A stretch of 64,000 bases of DNA, from contig RSEE01000095.1 in the NCBI GenBank assembly GCA_003971905.1, forward strand, positions 62,001 to 126,000, in the 5' to 3' direction. Positions 11,954 through 25,700 of the stretch are shown in pieces. Position 1 is the stretch's first letter; every line of letters begins with the position of its first letter. The notes beneath the pieces are model-generated. The model was given only the letters and a program-made list of their open reading frames with translations, searched no databases and was not told the DNA's origin. This DNA comes from Moniliella sp. 'wahieum' (Eukaryota). The position numbers were made by a program, and so were the translations under genes.

Positions 11954-14900
11954 ATGTCCACCCCCCCTCCCCTGGCCCTCTCCTGGCCCCGGGGACGGCA
12001 TGCCCGACCTGGTCTATGCCCTGTACGACTACCACTACCACCCCCCGCCCCCGGCCAGACCAACTGCCTGCCCCTCGTCGCCGGCGCCCAGATACTCGTG
12101 TACAACCGCCACCCAGCGGCTGGTGGGACGGCGACATGGACGGGCTCCGCGGCTGGTTCCCTAGCAACCATGTAGCCTCCTTTGACCAGATGCTGCCCCG
12201 TCTCCCGCTCCCATCATCCGTGCCGGATCCCGACCCGCCCCAGCCCACCACCGTCGCGTCCCGAGCCATTACCACTGCTGCATGCGCCTCACCGCCCACG
12301 TCGGGCACACAGGCGGTCTCTCTACCTTGCCGATGCTCGTGTGTTGCGTGTGAGCGTGCGTTCTGCTCTGGCCAGCATCCACTGTTGCATAGCGACAATG
12401 TCGACCTACTCACTCCTACCGTGGTTAGCCGGCGTAAAACCCTGTTAGCTAGCGTACATCGCCTGCTCGATCTCGTAACCAACTCGCGACACCCCCGATC
12501 CATTATTCCAGTCGCCCAATTTGGAGACTGAGTTGATCAACTGTGCCCATCGCATCATCTCGGCCATGGGAGACGTGCTGGACGCAATGCCGACCAGGCA
12601 GATCAGGAGGTGCAGACTACCGCTGCCGCCATCGCTTCCAACATCGATCTGCGAACTCAGATCCGGACCCAAACTCAGAATCAACCCCAAACGCTCACGT
12701 CCCTTCCGACCAAATGGTCCACACTGTCCTTGAGATCGCCCGAATGCGTTTCAAGCGAAGAAAAAGGATCGATAGACGTGCACGTACAAAGGATCAAGGA
12801 GGCAACTGAGCTTGGCGGTTGCCTGTCCTCTCTTCCACTGCTGTCCTATCTCACGTACGCGCCAGCGCACTCGCCCGCTCCCAACCTGCCTTGGACGTGT
12901 CGTATCGGAACCGCAGGGAGCATCGTCCTCGTCGGAACAGCTGGTGGATGCGACGACTGGTCGTGTACGATGGGATCCACCTACTTATCTATGGTTTGGG
13001 ACCGACTTGTTGGGACCAGCAAAGCAGTCGGGGCCACGGAAGCGCCCATGGACGCGCCCTCGCGTCCCTCCGTCTGTCTCGGTCCGAGTTTGTCCAGGCA
13101 TCGTCCAAGTTGTTGGTGCGGTGCGCCAAATGACGGTGATGGATGCCGGAGGCGAGGCCGAGGACTCTAGCCAAAGTATCGCCTTTGGCTGCGCGCAATT
13201 TCGGCCGCTTCGGAACTTGGGCGGGTCGGGGAGGAAGTGGTGACCCAAGTGACGGATTTGATGGAGCTAATCCAAGAAGACAAGCCAAGCTTGTCTTGCT
13301 CTCCTCCTCGCCGATAGACCATCTGCACGAACCACTCCGCCCCGACCTCGACCCAGGATCGCTCTCGGACGACGGGGGGCTTCACCGGCGCAAACGAGAC
13401 CGTGGCCAGGCACGTTTCGCTCGTGTCGACGACCCGGACGAAAAGTTATAACCTTACACCCTTGCATCAACAGCTTTCTCCACGAGCAATCGAGACCCAC
13501 CTCCACACGCCCACGCCTCACCACGTTCAACCTGCAGCACCCCCGGCAGTACAAGTGGCACCACCACCACTACCCACTACCGCCACTACCGCCGCCACGT
13601 CTTCTTCTTCATCCCTCGAACCCATGACGTTGCTCCGCAACAAACTCGCCCTCCGTCCGGCCCGGTCGAGCTCAACGTCTTCGACGGTCCCCCGCGGGCC
13701 GGCGTGGAGAGTCTCACACGTGTGCGACGACGATCAGGGTTCCCACCGGAAATGCCCAAGTCGCTCGCACGTGACCGCGCCGCGTCAATGAACTCGACCG
13801 TCCCTCCCCGAGCGCGCCCGAGCCGCATCAAGGGAACTCGGCCGCCACTACCACGATCGTCCCCGGGCCGCGTCAAGGGAACTCGCCCGCCCCTCCTACG
13901 AGTGCCCCCTTCAGCACCTGTCGATAGGGGGGTACTGTATAATCCGGAAGGTTCCTTCTTGGAGGTACCTTGGACGGCTTGTTGGATGCCTAGTGCTCCC
14001 CATCGCCCTATGGACACTCAGTTGGCCCAACGATTTGTTTGACCCTGCCATCTTTTGTCATGCGACTGAGGTGGCGCAACGTCTTTTGGTACGTGGACCC
14101 ACGAGCGCCAAGAGCTACCCGGACCAATATCCTCTCGTTTGTCCGGCTCTAGATGTCAGATGCGTTCTGGCGGCCGGACCTGGACGAACCAAAGTTGTTG
14201 CCCACCCTAACTCAGCTTGCTACGTTGGCGGGCGCGGCGGATTTGTTGGCGCTCATCACGCGTAGGGCAACGGGCAGCAAACGAGCTCAGATGCGGATCG
14301 TGCTAGGGACTGACGCCCCGCGCCCCGAGTTGGTCCGGTGCATTGACCCGCCGCCCTCGATCAGTCGACTGAGGCACTCTATACGTCCGGCTGGTCGACC
14401 TCGGGAGCGCCCAATACCAATGTCAGTCGTTCGCTCTTAGCTCGGTTGGCGAAGGGACAGCGAATGTGATGGATGTGGTACGGGCGAGCTGGCACGGCAG
14501 TTGAACTCGTGTAAGCCGTTGTATGCGTCAATCACGCCCGAGCAGTTTGGGCCAAGTAGCGCCGCTTAAGACCTCGATTTCGCGCTTCGACCATGTGGGG
14601 GCGAGGATGAACTGGCCCATCAACACCTCTCGGACCTGAGCAACCAGATTGCCCAGTGGGTCCAAACCACCATCTTGGCTACGACACGGCCAAGGAACGA
14701 CAAAGACGCCCTGCTGTACTTTCTCAAACTTTCCGCGTACGTCTCTTTCCCCTCCTCTCCCCTTTGCCATTGTCTTCACTGTGTGTCTCAAACACAAGAC
14801 AGATCACCAACGAGACCCAAGACAAAACGTACTAACCTCGAATCTGATACAGAAATGCCTGCTGCTACAAAACCTGCACGTCTTCTTTTCCCTCCAAAGC

Positions 14901-15640
14901 GGTCTGGGCGCGGTGGCGGTACGTCGTCTGCACAAGACATGGAAATTGTTGCCGGTCAAGTACAAGGAGCGGGCCAGGTGTACGAGGCAATGACTCTGCC
15001 GGGCCGCAACTTTACCGAGTACCGAAACCTCTTCCAAGATGCGCTCCGAACCCGGACGCCCTTTTTGCCCTTTGTCGCCATTGCAGCAGGAGACATTGTA
15101 TTTACCTGCCAAGGCAACGGGCCTACGCGGCGCGTGTCTGGATCGTCCGTGGGGTCGGGCGAGATGATCAATTGGGTCCGGTACGATCGTCTGGCACGAG
15201 TGGTGGAGGATTTGGTACGGGTGCAAAGGCAGTTGTATGCGTTGCAAGCTGTGCCAGATGTGCAAAGTTGGCTTACCACGTGCCTGGAGGCGAGCTCAGA
15301 AGGGATTGAAGACCTGTACCAACGTTCGGTCTTGTTGGAACCTCGGGGGACCCCACCACCGCTCATCATGGCCCCTCCGACACCCTGTCGCCTACTTCGA
15401 CGCTACCGAGTACTCCGGGTGTGCCCACCCCGCGCACCTTCGACTCGACCACCTCCGCATTCACTTACACTTCCACCTCCACAGAGGCCTCGACCCCGAC
15501 CTCAATCCCCTTATCCCCCCCTGGTGCGGACCCACATGCCTTCTTCCCCGCCCCAGCATTTCCGCCTCGGTCGCATCTCGCTGAACCCCATTCAGCGCTG
15601 TCCTTATCATCTCCTCCAACTCTCTCATCTGCGCCTATAA
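11954..15640 (+). CDS. SH3-REM-RasGEF (Cdc25/Ste6-type Ras guanine nucleotide exchange factor); heavily frameshifted, possibly pseudogenising
   Basis: SH3: VYALYDY..ILVYNRHPSGWWDGDMDGLRGWFPSNHV. RasGEF motifs: ELARQL, LSNQIAQWVQTTIL, AVRRLHKTWKLL, RNFTEYR, PFLPFV, MINWVRYDRL, LYQRSVLLEPR. Intron ~14736-14852. 3' end uncertain. Confidence 0.8.
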
Positions 15641-16200
15641 TCCCCGTACCCCCCACCCTTCTGTCGCTCTCTTATCTCTTACACCGCAGATCAACCTCAT
15701 CTGCTTCGCTCACACCTGTGTCTGTTGCGCGCGTGCGCTGTGCGCTTACGACCTGTTTATACACTGTTCCTTGCTACCACGGATTCACGATCTCTACTCT
15801 CGCGTCATCTAGTTCCCCTAATTTCACCCTCTTTGCTGCGCCTTCCGCGTCCCACGTTCTCCGTTCTGTTTTACGTTCTACGGTCTACGGTTCACGTGTC
15901 ACGCTCTCCGACTCTCCCGTGCTAGTACGTTTTACGTGTTTTACGTGATGTTTTACGTGTTTACGTGTTTTACGTCCATGACGCCCCCATTGAGCTTCCT
16001 TCCCCCCCGCGAGGCTCCTATCCTATACAAGATGTATCAACCTCCCCTCCTTTCCCCGCCTGAGTCTGGCACTTGTGTGCACATCCCTGCCCTTCAACGT
16101 CCCTACGAACCCCATTCCATGTGCTCTCCCTCGTTTTCATTCGTCCGCTATTGGAAGGTAGTAGTTAGATATGTGCCGCAGCTGTTGAATAATCGCATGA

Positions 16201-16445
16201 ACGCATCTCACCAGTCTTGGCACGCACCCCCAAACGAACGCTTGCAGCGCACCAGCATGCCTCCCCTCGCATTCCTGCCCTCCACTCTACCTTCCACCGC
16301 ACTTCCAGCGCCCTCTCGACGCGCATTCGTCCATCTCCACGTTGTCTCTCTTCCCTCCCCCCTCCCCCCCCCCCCCTCCCCTCCCCTCCATCCATCCATC
16401 ACCCATCCATCCATCCCGCTCGCCAGATACGTCATAGTCCCGTCA
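16201..16445 (+). repeat. Dispersed non-coding element, copy A (with CCAT microsatellite)
   Basis: Two blocks match the reverse complement of 33298-33463; the 35-nt core is 33/35 identical. Confidence 0.8.
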
Positions 16446-16617
16446 TCTCGCACATCTCTCCTCCTCCTGTCTGGCGTAGATCCATGATCCGTCATCGGTT
16501 ACGCGGTACCCCCCAGCCACAAACATTGACACCAGTGCATTGCAGCCCCCAACACACGCACACATCGAGTTCCCATATCTGCTTGATGCATGTTTCTTCC
16601 GCTGGGGCGCGGCGAGC

Positions 16618-18393
16618 TCATTCCATCGGACGCGCAAGCTCCAGGCGGAGAGAAAGGGCCAAGGCACAGGCGGCATCCCAAGTCTCCTGCCACGTTGTAA
16701 ACTGCGCCAGCGGCGCAATGCGAATAATGTCAGGCGCGCGCGTATCCCCAACCAGGCCAAACGTATGTTCCGCAGTGTGCAGCGTGCGAGCTGCCAAGCT
16801 ACGTGGGTCGATAGGCGGCGGGGGCGGAGCGTCAATGGCAGTGTGCGAGGGCGCACGTTGGGCTTGCGCCGCAACAGTTGACGAGGACGGCTCGGGGATC
16901 CGGATGCACAGTTGCGATCCACGCTCTTGGGGGTTGCTCGGCGTCACAAGGTGAGCCCCCGCTCCGGCGGGCAAGACGGCAGGCGAGGCAGGGTCGCTCA
17001 GCAACCATTCCAAGTACGCCGTCAGACGTAAACTACGAGCTCGCAGCACGGGCATGATCTTCCCCGCCCCAGGAGAGGGAGAGACCGAACCCGAACCCGA
17101 ACCCGAACCCGGAACGTCCTCCGCCTCGGCCTTGATGAGCGCGGGGGCGGTAGCAACCGCCTCCAGTGCGCCCTCGAGCGCAGCACAGTCAATCACCGAC
17201 GGGTTGGATACCACCCACCCGGCTGCCCCTACCTCGGGCACATACCCATCCGGCATGGCAAAGCGGGAAGAGAGGTTATGACCAAACCAGCCAGCAGGGC
17301 GGGGTAGCTGGGTTGGGTCAGCGGCCAAGGCATGCCACCGTTGGTGCACAAACAGACCTGCGATCGCACCCGGCCCAGCTGAGCCGTACTTGTAGGTGCA
17401 CCAGCAGGCAAAGTCCACCCCCCACTCGTGCAAGCGCATCGGCACATTTAGGAACCATGCGCACAGTCCCACCCGACAACCATGCCGTGCTGTTTGGCGC
17501 GCTGGGTAATCGCGCCCATATCGAAAAATTGCCCGCTGTACTGCACCGCGGGCAGGACAACCAGTGCCGTCTCGCCCTCGGCGCCAAGCTGGTCCAGGCG
17601 GGCCAACACGTCGTCCGTGCGCAGCGTGGCCTCGCCCTCGCGGGGATGCAGAGCCACCAACGACGTTTCGGGTCGCAAACCCGCAAGCAGCACAACACTT
17701 TGCAGCGCATACTGGTCTGACGGGAACGCTCGTGCCTCGTACACGATCTTGTGCCGCCGCTTGCCCGCAGGCACTTGCTTGGCCACCGCGGGCGTGAGCA
17801 ACGCCTCGACGCCGTGCGGGTGGGTGAGCGGACGGTAAAACGTGATGAGCAGGTTGAGCAGGTTCTGGGTCAAGCTGCCCATCACAGTCACCTCGTCCCG
17901 CTTGGCACCCACCAAGTCAGCCACCACAGTGCGCGGCGGATCGAACATGGTAGCCCAAGGCGCCTTGTCAGGGTGGTCAAAGTGACCATTCACCCCACGC
18001 TCCGCCCACACGTCCAACTCGCGATCCACACGTCGCTTGACCGCGAGCGGGAGTGGACCCAAACTGTTCCCGCACAGGTACCGTGCCGTCTGGCTGGCCG
18101 AGGCGGGCAGCAGAGTTTTGGGCGCGCGTGCTGCTCGGTGGACCAGGCTTGGGCCACCCACGGCTCAGCGCGGTCGGGCAGTTGGGCCGGGTACGCGCCA
18201 ATGGGGCCCATCTGCGGAAGCGCATACGCCTTGCGCAACTGGACCAGCGGGTCGGCCTGGTCCAGCTGCTCAGCAAAGTCACGCGAGGCCGGATGGGCGC
18301 TGGCGGCGGCGAGGGACTGGATGAAGGCGGCAGGGTCGAACTGGTCGTTGGCGTGGACAGAGCGATCCAGGAGGCAACCAGCGCGTCGGTCAT
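16618..18393 (-). CDS. BNA5: Kynureninase (PLP-dependent, de novo NAD biosynthesis)
   Basis: YLCGNSLG, EARAFPSDQYA, VQYSGQFFDM, VGWDCAH, LHEWGVDFACWCTYKY..GPGAIAGLFVH, ERGSQL, DIIRIAP. Split by frameshifts. Confidence 0.93.
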
Positions 18394-19559
18394 CGTGCCA
18401 ATGGACAGTGGGGTGGGCAACGCAAGGGACGATGGAATCGGCGAGGGACGGGGGTGGGGGTGGGGGTGGTCCTACACGGCTCAAATCAGCAGAGGCCAAA
18501 CCTCCCGTCAGATGTCTGATGTCAAATCCGTCCTCCGTCAGCCGATTCGCTGCGAAGGAACCCCGACGCAGCTTTCTTTCTCGTGCCGCATTCCGGCCGA
18601 CTTGGGAGCGGCGCCAGTACGCGCCCGTGCCCCGTCTGCCCCGCCATTGTTCACCAACTATTCCCACGTCCCCCCAGTTGCAATTGCAGATCCGCAGCAC
18701 ATAGCGCACCAGTGGAAATTTCACTGTTCAAACGGGGGTTGCTTTCGCACCGATCTTTATCCGCACTCTTCTACTCTGCCGCTAAGCCCCGGTCATGGTG
18801 CGAACAGGGGCAGACAAGCGGGAGATTGTGGGGACGATGACGGAAACACCATCGTGAAGCGTAGAACGAACAAGTGTAGCCATCATACTCATGCCGGTAG
18901 GTGGTATCGAGGCGTGTATAGGTGAAGGGAGAAAAAATAATGGTGATACAGGTTTGTAGGACCGTGAGGATTGGGTTGTAGTAGCTTCTCCCCGATGTAA
19001 ACGATGCTAGGCATACTATGCTTCAAAGAACTTCTAATTTGATGGATCGTCACCTGGATGACCACAAATTGCTTCCAGCCTTCCCGCCCCCCAACGAGGC
19101 CCAGCCACCGCCCCCTCTTGTCCCAGCGCGTTCGGGATCATGTTGAATTGCTCTTCGTTCCCTATAGAGTATGTGGAACTTACCAACCCTTCCACCCCTT
19201 CACCCGGGCTGCATGTGAATCCGCGATGGGAAATGTGGGAGTCCCAAAGGATCTCCGTCGTGGGCACTCGTTGGTGTTTCAGCAGATGCCCTCTTCTTTC
19301 TTTCTACCATTGCATCTTTCTCTCCATGCACGGTCCGTCGGTGTTGACTGGACAAACTCCACAGGTGGACACGGTCATGGTTTATGTACCGGAACGGTAC
19401 TATTACTATATCTGCATACTCTCCTCGAAAACAATACCATGGGATCCAATCTCCCCTTTTGGTCTCTGTTTCTCCGTGCTCGATCACGGGAAATGAGGTG
19501 CTATACCGGAATCATCCTTCTGCGCCTAATATTCCCAGCAGAACGATAACGGTTAGCAG

Positions 19560-19960
19560 TACCATGAAGTGTATAGTACGTAGGGGCAGACAACGTATCT
19601 GGATCATAGTCAAGGCCGGGCGTTGAAAGAAAGCCCTGGCCCACCCGTCGGGCGCGTCGTCGAACTAGCCGATCGGCCTCGGTCTTTTGTAATGGCAGAC
19701 AAGCGACCCTCAAACCACAGCATTACTCCCTTTTTCCGGCCGCGGCGATCCTCAAGGATGTGTACGTGTACTTGCATTCGTCTGTGTCGTTTCGTCAAGG
19801 GGGGGGGAAACGCATCTACGGTCACATGTCACAGCCGCTAGCGCAGTAGAGCGTAACGCAGCAAGAATGTCTGTCCATCGAATCGGTCGCACACTTCGAA
19901 TCTCCCTCCTGCATAAGAACCTGGGGCTATGCTTGCTCCATGTTTTACGTGGTGAAGATT
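19560..19960 (-). mobile_element. Degenerate Ty1/copia reverse-transcriptase relic
   Basis: RARRVGQGFLSTPGLDYDPDTLSAP resembles the copia RT motif KARLVAQGFxQxPGxDYxxTFAP. A broken RPEKGSNAVV*GSLVCHYK segment precedes it, with stops and frameshifts. Confidence 0.5.
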
Positions 19961-20544
19961 CGGCGCGGACGTAGGGATGGGCCGCGGCCCAAAGTTGAGC
20001 AACAGCTAGGTTCCCGAGTTCCCGCCCCGTTTGGGCCATCTGCCTGGGTCCCCCAACCGCGTCGTCCGTCTGCAAGCATATACGGCACATGCAGATCAGA
20101 GCAAAGGGTATCTCGACGTGCGGGTGGTCGGGCACCAAAAGGAGGGGTAGATGACACGTGGGCTTGGCGGCCAAAGAAACAAGCCGATAAAGCAGGTATG
20201 AGAGCGGCATCTTTCATCGCGAACCAGGCGAATGACGAATTGGATGGGGAGCGTGGATGGGGGGGCTGGAAGGGAGAGGGGGAGGGGCGCGATGGGTGCC
20301 ATGAGGTGCTGGGCCTGACTGGCAGAAAAGAAAAAAAGAGTCTCGTCTTGAAGATTGGAGGTAGACTTGGTCGTGCAGTTCCTCCAACAAGACAAGAGGG
20401 TAGTCGTACGGTTCTCCCTTGTGTCCGCTGCACTCGTACCGAGCCCACGACTGGGACTGATTTTCTTCAAATCCAAGGTAGGCATCCGACTCCCACTGGA
20501 CCTTTTCCACGGCTTTCTTCTACCCTTTGAACCTTCCCATTGGA

Positions 20545-20905
20545 TCACTGGCCATACGCTGATGACAACCCAGTCCCTTGGCCCGCACCTCGACGAGGCC
20601 GGCAAGACCGTTGCTGCTGCATGCTGGCCGCCCGTTCCTGTGCGGTCAACTGGTCCAGGGGCATAGGTCGTACCCAAGACCATGATCTTTTGGCCATCGA
20701 CCAAGCCTAGCGAGGCCAGAGTAGATTCCGGATCGGCCAGCGGGAGAGCGCGCCCGCTGTCGTGGTGCCGCGGCCAGGCAAGAGCTTTTGCAGGCTCGGG
20801 GGATGCCGGTCGCAGTATGAATGGCCGCTTTGAGCTGGCCCAAGGTACAGTCGCCCCCCAGTTCAACGGGGTGGGCCTACCTTGGAACGTGAGGTTGAGC
20901 AGCAT
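20545..20905 (-). CDS. Small ubiquitin-like-domain protein (or remnant)
   Basis: MLLNLTFQG...GQLKAAIHTATGIP...DPESTLASLGLVDGQKIMVLGT is a UBL pattern. Frameshifted; it appears to stop shortly after the domain. Confidence 0.55.
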
Positions 20906-21584
20906 CGCAGTACTGTGGGGCTTAATAGTAGGCGAGGCGCTCGGGTAGGTCTGATGCTTGAAGAGTGGCGGTGGTGGTTGGGAGAGAAGAAGAGTCCAAC
21001 CTGTGCTCACACGAGCTGCCCAATTGAGTCGCTGGCGTGGCGGCTGCGGACGGCGTGACCAACGGGGGTTACGGGGTACGGGGGATGGATGGGACGGGCA
21101 GGTCCTATAGCTGTACTAGTACGGCCAGGGGTACTGGGTGGCACTTGCGGCAGCCCGGACGTAAGCGCACAAGCACCGCCTGCGCCGGGTGTAGCAGGTG
21201 CAAAACCTAAGGCCTAACCTCAGCTCCGCCACTCCGCCTGCCAGACCGTCCAACAACACACAGTGGCGCTGTGCCCGCAGCTGGGGCGCTCGGCTGAGCC
21301 TCAGCGAGGTGCTGAGCTGCTGAGCTCAGGCTTGCTCCTGAGGCGCTGAGATCCTGTCGGGCAGCGTGCTGCTTAATTTGTTGGTCTGAGGGTTACTCCA
21401 TTTTGAAAGTTGCTGATTCATCTTCCATCTTCCGATCCAACACGCAATACAGCTTGCGGTCAGAGTGGCGTGACGTCATCGCTGCTGCGTGATGCACGAT
21501 GCCTGCTTTCTTCTGCCCGGTGTTGGTCCCATATGGCCTCGGTCCACCGCCTCTTTCAGCACGCCCTCCCCCATTGTCCGCGCC

Positions 21585-22713
21585 ATGACTGCGACACCCG
21601 TCCAGCTTCTTTCGCTCGGCTGTGGATGGACAGGCAGTTTTCTTCTGCCGCTGCTCGACCGGCAGAAGACCACGTATGCCTTCACCACCACAGCCCCTGC
21701 TCCCGCCCCTTCAGCCGTTCCGCCCCTCCCACCGCGCAGACTCGGTTGTTCGACCGCCTCCGTCCTTGGCCGGCCCTCCGCCCAAATTCAATCCCTGGCC
21801 CTACTTGCCCCCCTCGGCCCGGTCTCATCACTTGACGTTCCGTCTCCCCAGTGATCCGGAGGATGCAGCGTGGGAAGAACTTGTCCGCACCTTGCCCGCC
21901 GCCCAGGTCGTGCTCCTCGTCTTCCCCATCACTAGTAAAGAAGTGCTCCACAAGCTCATCCACACTTATGAGCAACAGCACCCTCATCTGCACTCCTCGT
22001 GGATTCAACTGGGCAGCACAGGGCTCTGGAAAGGTACGTGGTTGGTCCCGATGCTCTCTAGGCTAATCGGATCACCGACTCGGACCCAAGTATAGCCAGC
22101 TCCAACTGACATGTGTTCCTTTTCTTTGCCCAGACGGCTACCACACCCATACTTCTCCCATCGACCCAACCAACGTCCGTGGTCAAGTAGAAGAGGCGTT
22201 GCTTGATCTCCACACGGCAGAGCGACCCTGTACGGTACTCAACTTGGCGGGGTTGTATGGTCATACCCGTCAGCCACTCAACTTTTTCCGTCGAGCCGTT
22301 CGGAGCGCCGAAGCACTCGAGACCAAATCAAGTCTGCACCTCATCCATGGCCAAGACCTAGCCCGTGCCATCGCCGTCGCCATCACAGCTGTCGCGGGCA
22401 ACGTGTCCTCCCCTGGCCTAGGGGGAAAACGGTGGATCGTGACGGATACCAAGTCGTACGATTGGTGGTACTTGGCCCGCACGTTGCCGCACCAAGCAAG
22501 CCGAGAAGAACAAGAGCGCTATGCAACTTGGTTGCAGGATGCACTTGATAAGCATCGGGTCACTTCTTTGCCCCGACCCCCTATTGCTCCAGACCCGCCC
22601 TCCGCCAGTGGGGGTCCCCAGACCGATTCCACATCCTTCTCCGCGTGTTGGATAGCTCAGCGTTTTGGTCCACCTTAGGTATCGAGCCACTGGCTCCCCC
22701 TGTGGACGCATAA
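21585..22713 (+). CDS. Atypical SDR / NAD(P)-binding Rossmann-fold protein (YeeZ-like fungal family)
   Basis: LLSLGCGWTGSFL, WIQLGSTG, VLNLAGLYG, SLHLIHGQDLARAI, RWIVTD..YDWW, LDSSAFW. Intron 22034-22133. Confidence 0.75.
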
Positions 22714-25700
22714 GTCCTACCCGCTGCATTTCCCCCCATTTTCTCACCCCAGTCCCTGTATAACGTTCAAGCCTGCTTCAACGTTCACGTACGTTGACGG
22801 TTCAAGCTCCAAGCTCCAGCTTCCAGCGTACTTGGCAGGTTTCCAGGGGATATGGCAGGGATAGCTTTTTGGCCCAGCAAGAACCGCTATATACTAGCTA
22901 TGCGGAAATCACACTCGCACAGCATCACAAATATCATCGAATCATCCACAGACATCTCATCTCTTCCTTATAATGTGAGTGGGTCCGTTTCTCTCGCGAA
23001 CGTTATCAATCACCGACACGATAGACCAGCCGTTTCGGTCATTAATTTCCCTGGGGTCTTGGTAGTAGGCTTTTCGATAGTGATGAACAAACTTCTGCAC
23101 GTTGGGCCGCTTGGGACGGGGGCGCCCGAATGGTCGTGGTAGTGCATATACATGTACAGTTGTTGCGTACGTTGCGATGATCGAAGAGAGGTGGCCGGTT
23201 ACTGGTTACCGGTTACCGGTTGTGCGTCTTCCTGGGCGTCTTCTCTCAGCACGTCAAAAATACGAGTCATGTTCAACGTTACCGGCGTTACGCGTTACGC
23301 GTTACGAGGCAACCCAGTAATCATGTATCAGTGCAATATCAGCATCAACACCACGCATCGCGCATCACGCATCGCCTCAAGCTACTTCGCCTTACTGTTG
23401 TGGTACAGAAGGGTACAAAAGGTACAGATCTCAGAGCGTTCAAACTGAATACTCAGACTGAGTAATTGAGTTCAGTACTCAACAACACTCAACGTTCAAC
23501 GTTGAATTGCTGGCAAAAAAAGCCACGTCGGAAATTTTGTCCTTCTCGGTCGGACTCGCACAGATAGTGGGTTGTGTTTGCACGCGTTGATGAGCGTTGT
23601 TCGTTAGCGGCCGGGCAGTGGGGGAAGGTCTGGAGAGAGAGGTTTGGTTGCCACAACACGAATAAGTCAAAGGTGAGGTCACCCGTGAGAGACCGAGGGA
23701 CGAGAGAGCCAAAAAGAATGCTTCGTCCGTCTTTGCAAACTATTACTACTGGTAGTAAAATTGCTTGCGTTTTTCTCTTTATAGTTTCTTAGTTTCGAGA
23801 TTTGAGATCTGAGATACGCCGCTGCCGTAGTCCTACGTACTCAGGCTGAGTTCATCGCTTCGACCGACACCTACGTACCTACTCCACACCCTTTCCAAAA
23901 GTCCACAACCAAGCTCCGATTGGTCCACGCTGTCCTGTTCCTACGTACACGTGCGCCTCGGTGTCTCAGACAAGCGTAATATAGCCCAACACGCTACACC
24001 ACGTTATACCACGCTACACCTGCTACACCATCCGGCCCCCAAGTTCTCTAATTATACTACCACCATCATCGTCATCCATCACATCCTACTTCGTTTCCCG
24101 TCTCTCGGGGGTGTTCGTGCATGCAGCAAAAGTAGGCCACAACAGGTCACAGCATTGGCGGTGGTGCCTGGTGGAGCATCTATCCGATTTCTTGCCTTGT
24201 CTTTTTATCGATTATCTCGCCCTTATCGATTACCTACCAGAATCCTGCTTTGGTCTTCAAGTTCAACATAGACGACATAACAAGGCCGTATAGTTCCCTC
24301 AGGGCCTCAGACCAGACCTGTGGCATGTGTGGCATGAGATGCATGAGAGGCCTATAAGCGCGGCCGGAGTGCGGCCTGAGCGCGGCCTGAACATCAGAAC
24401 GCGGCCTAGGTGTGGCTTGAGCGCATGAACCCGAGGCCCAACAGAAGCCAGCGGCTCCATCTTGAAGATCAAAGCTTATTGGCATCTGAGAGTAAGAATA
24501 GAGATACACCTATTTACCTATGTTGTTGATGAATGAGTTTGTGGCGTGCGTGTTGCATACAGGATTAATCATCGATTGAGTATGGATATTGGATGGTTCT
24601 CGGCCTTCGGGCTTTAATGGGCGGCTAGGCGCTAGGGGCTGTGGAAGTTGGGTGGCAGAAAGGGCAGCAGATCTACATAACTTATAGTTGCGCGTGCGCC
24701 CCGGTTCCGAAGTACGAGAGTGAGATGCATGGGACTGTGTAACACTGAGTACTGCGTACTGGTACTGTGACTGTACTCAAGGCTGGCTTAGCACTTAGCA
24801 GGGCATTTGGAAGATGGAGTTTCGATGCTTTCTTCGGCGCCGCCAGCCGTTTGCACTCGGGGCCGCACTTGGCCGCACATTGCTCCCTTTGAAACCGCGC
24901 ACGCAGGCGATCAATGATCGGTGCTTGACAAACTGCGTGACGCATGATGCATGACGCGTGACGAACAACCCAATTGGTGACTGGTGATTGATTAATGATT
25001 CACCGATGATTAATGATTAATGATTGCAGCTAGACCTACATAGCATCCGCTTTAGCCACACTTGATAGAGTGGGCCGCGCTGTATATGCGCTTTTACCTG
25101 TTTTTACACGTTGCTAGGCACTATAGTTACCAACTGTTAGGCCCTGGTAGTATAGGCTCAAAACTGGAAGATGTGCCGCTACGTAGGAACTGGACAGAGG
25201 GTCGAGGGTTGTAGATGAAGCATTCTTGGCATATGGCAGCAGGTTCCTCCGCTACCGGCTACCGGCTACCGTTGCTCGTGTGGGCCGCCATATATGCAAC
25301 GGTTTGCGCAGTTCCCGCTTTAGCTGCTTGGCAGTGTCTCTGAAATTGCCACTCGTCACGCGTCAGGCCCCTTCGGCCTGAGCCTCAATTCTGAGCCTCA
25401 GGGGCCTGTCCTCTACTTCAAGCTTCAAGCTTCAAGCTTCAAGCTTGATGAGCGCATTGAACTTCTTTTTGCCGTCCTTTTCGACCCGCGCTGGAATGTC
25501 TGTGCTGCGTTTGGTTGCTACTGTGGACAGCTTAGAAGGACTGCGCAGAGATAGAGGATCTTTCCACAAAATGCGGGAGGACGTGTGGCGCGTGACGTGT
25601 GAGATCTGAGATACGGCATTGCGCGCGATGGTTTGGAAGGAGTATGGATTAAAGATGTTTGCTGATGCATGATGTGGAGAGACGCCCAGAGGAGCTGTGT

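Noticed and set aside
17751..18925. Long plus-strand ORFs over kynureninase (and similar ones over MP88 and CCA1)
   Set aside because: Antisense shadow frames of GC-rich genes.
22960..23150. Short protein-like minus-strand frame (..VQKFVHHYRKAYYQDPRE..)
   Set aside because: No start codon, splice context or recognisable motif.
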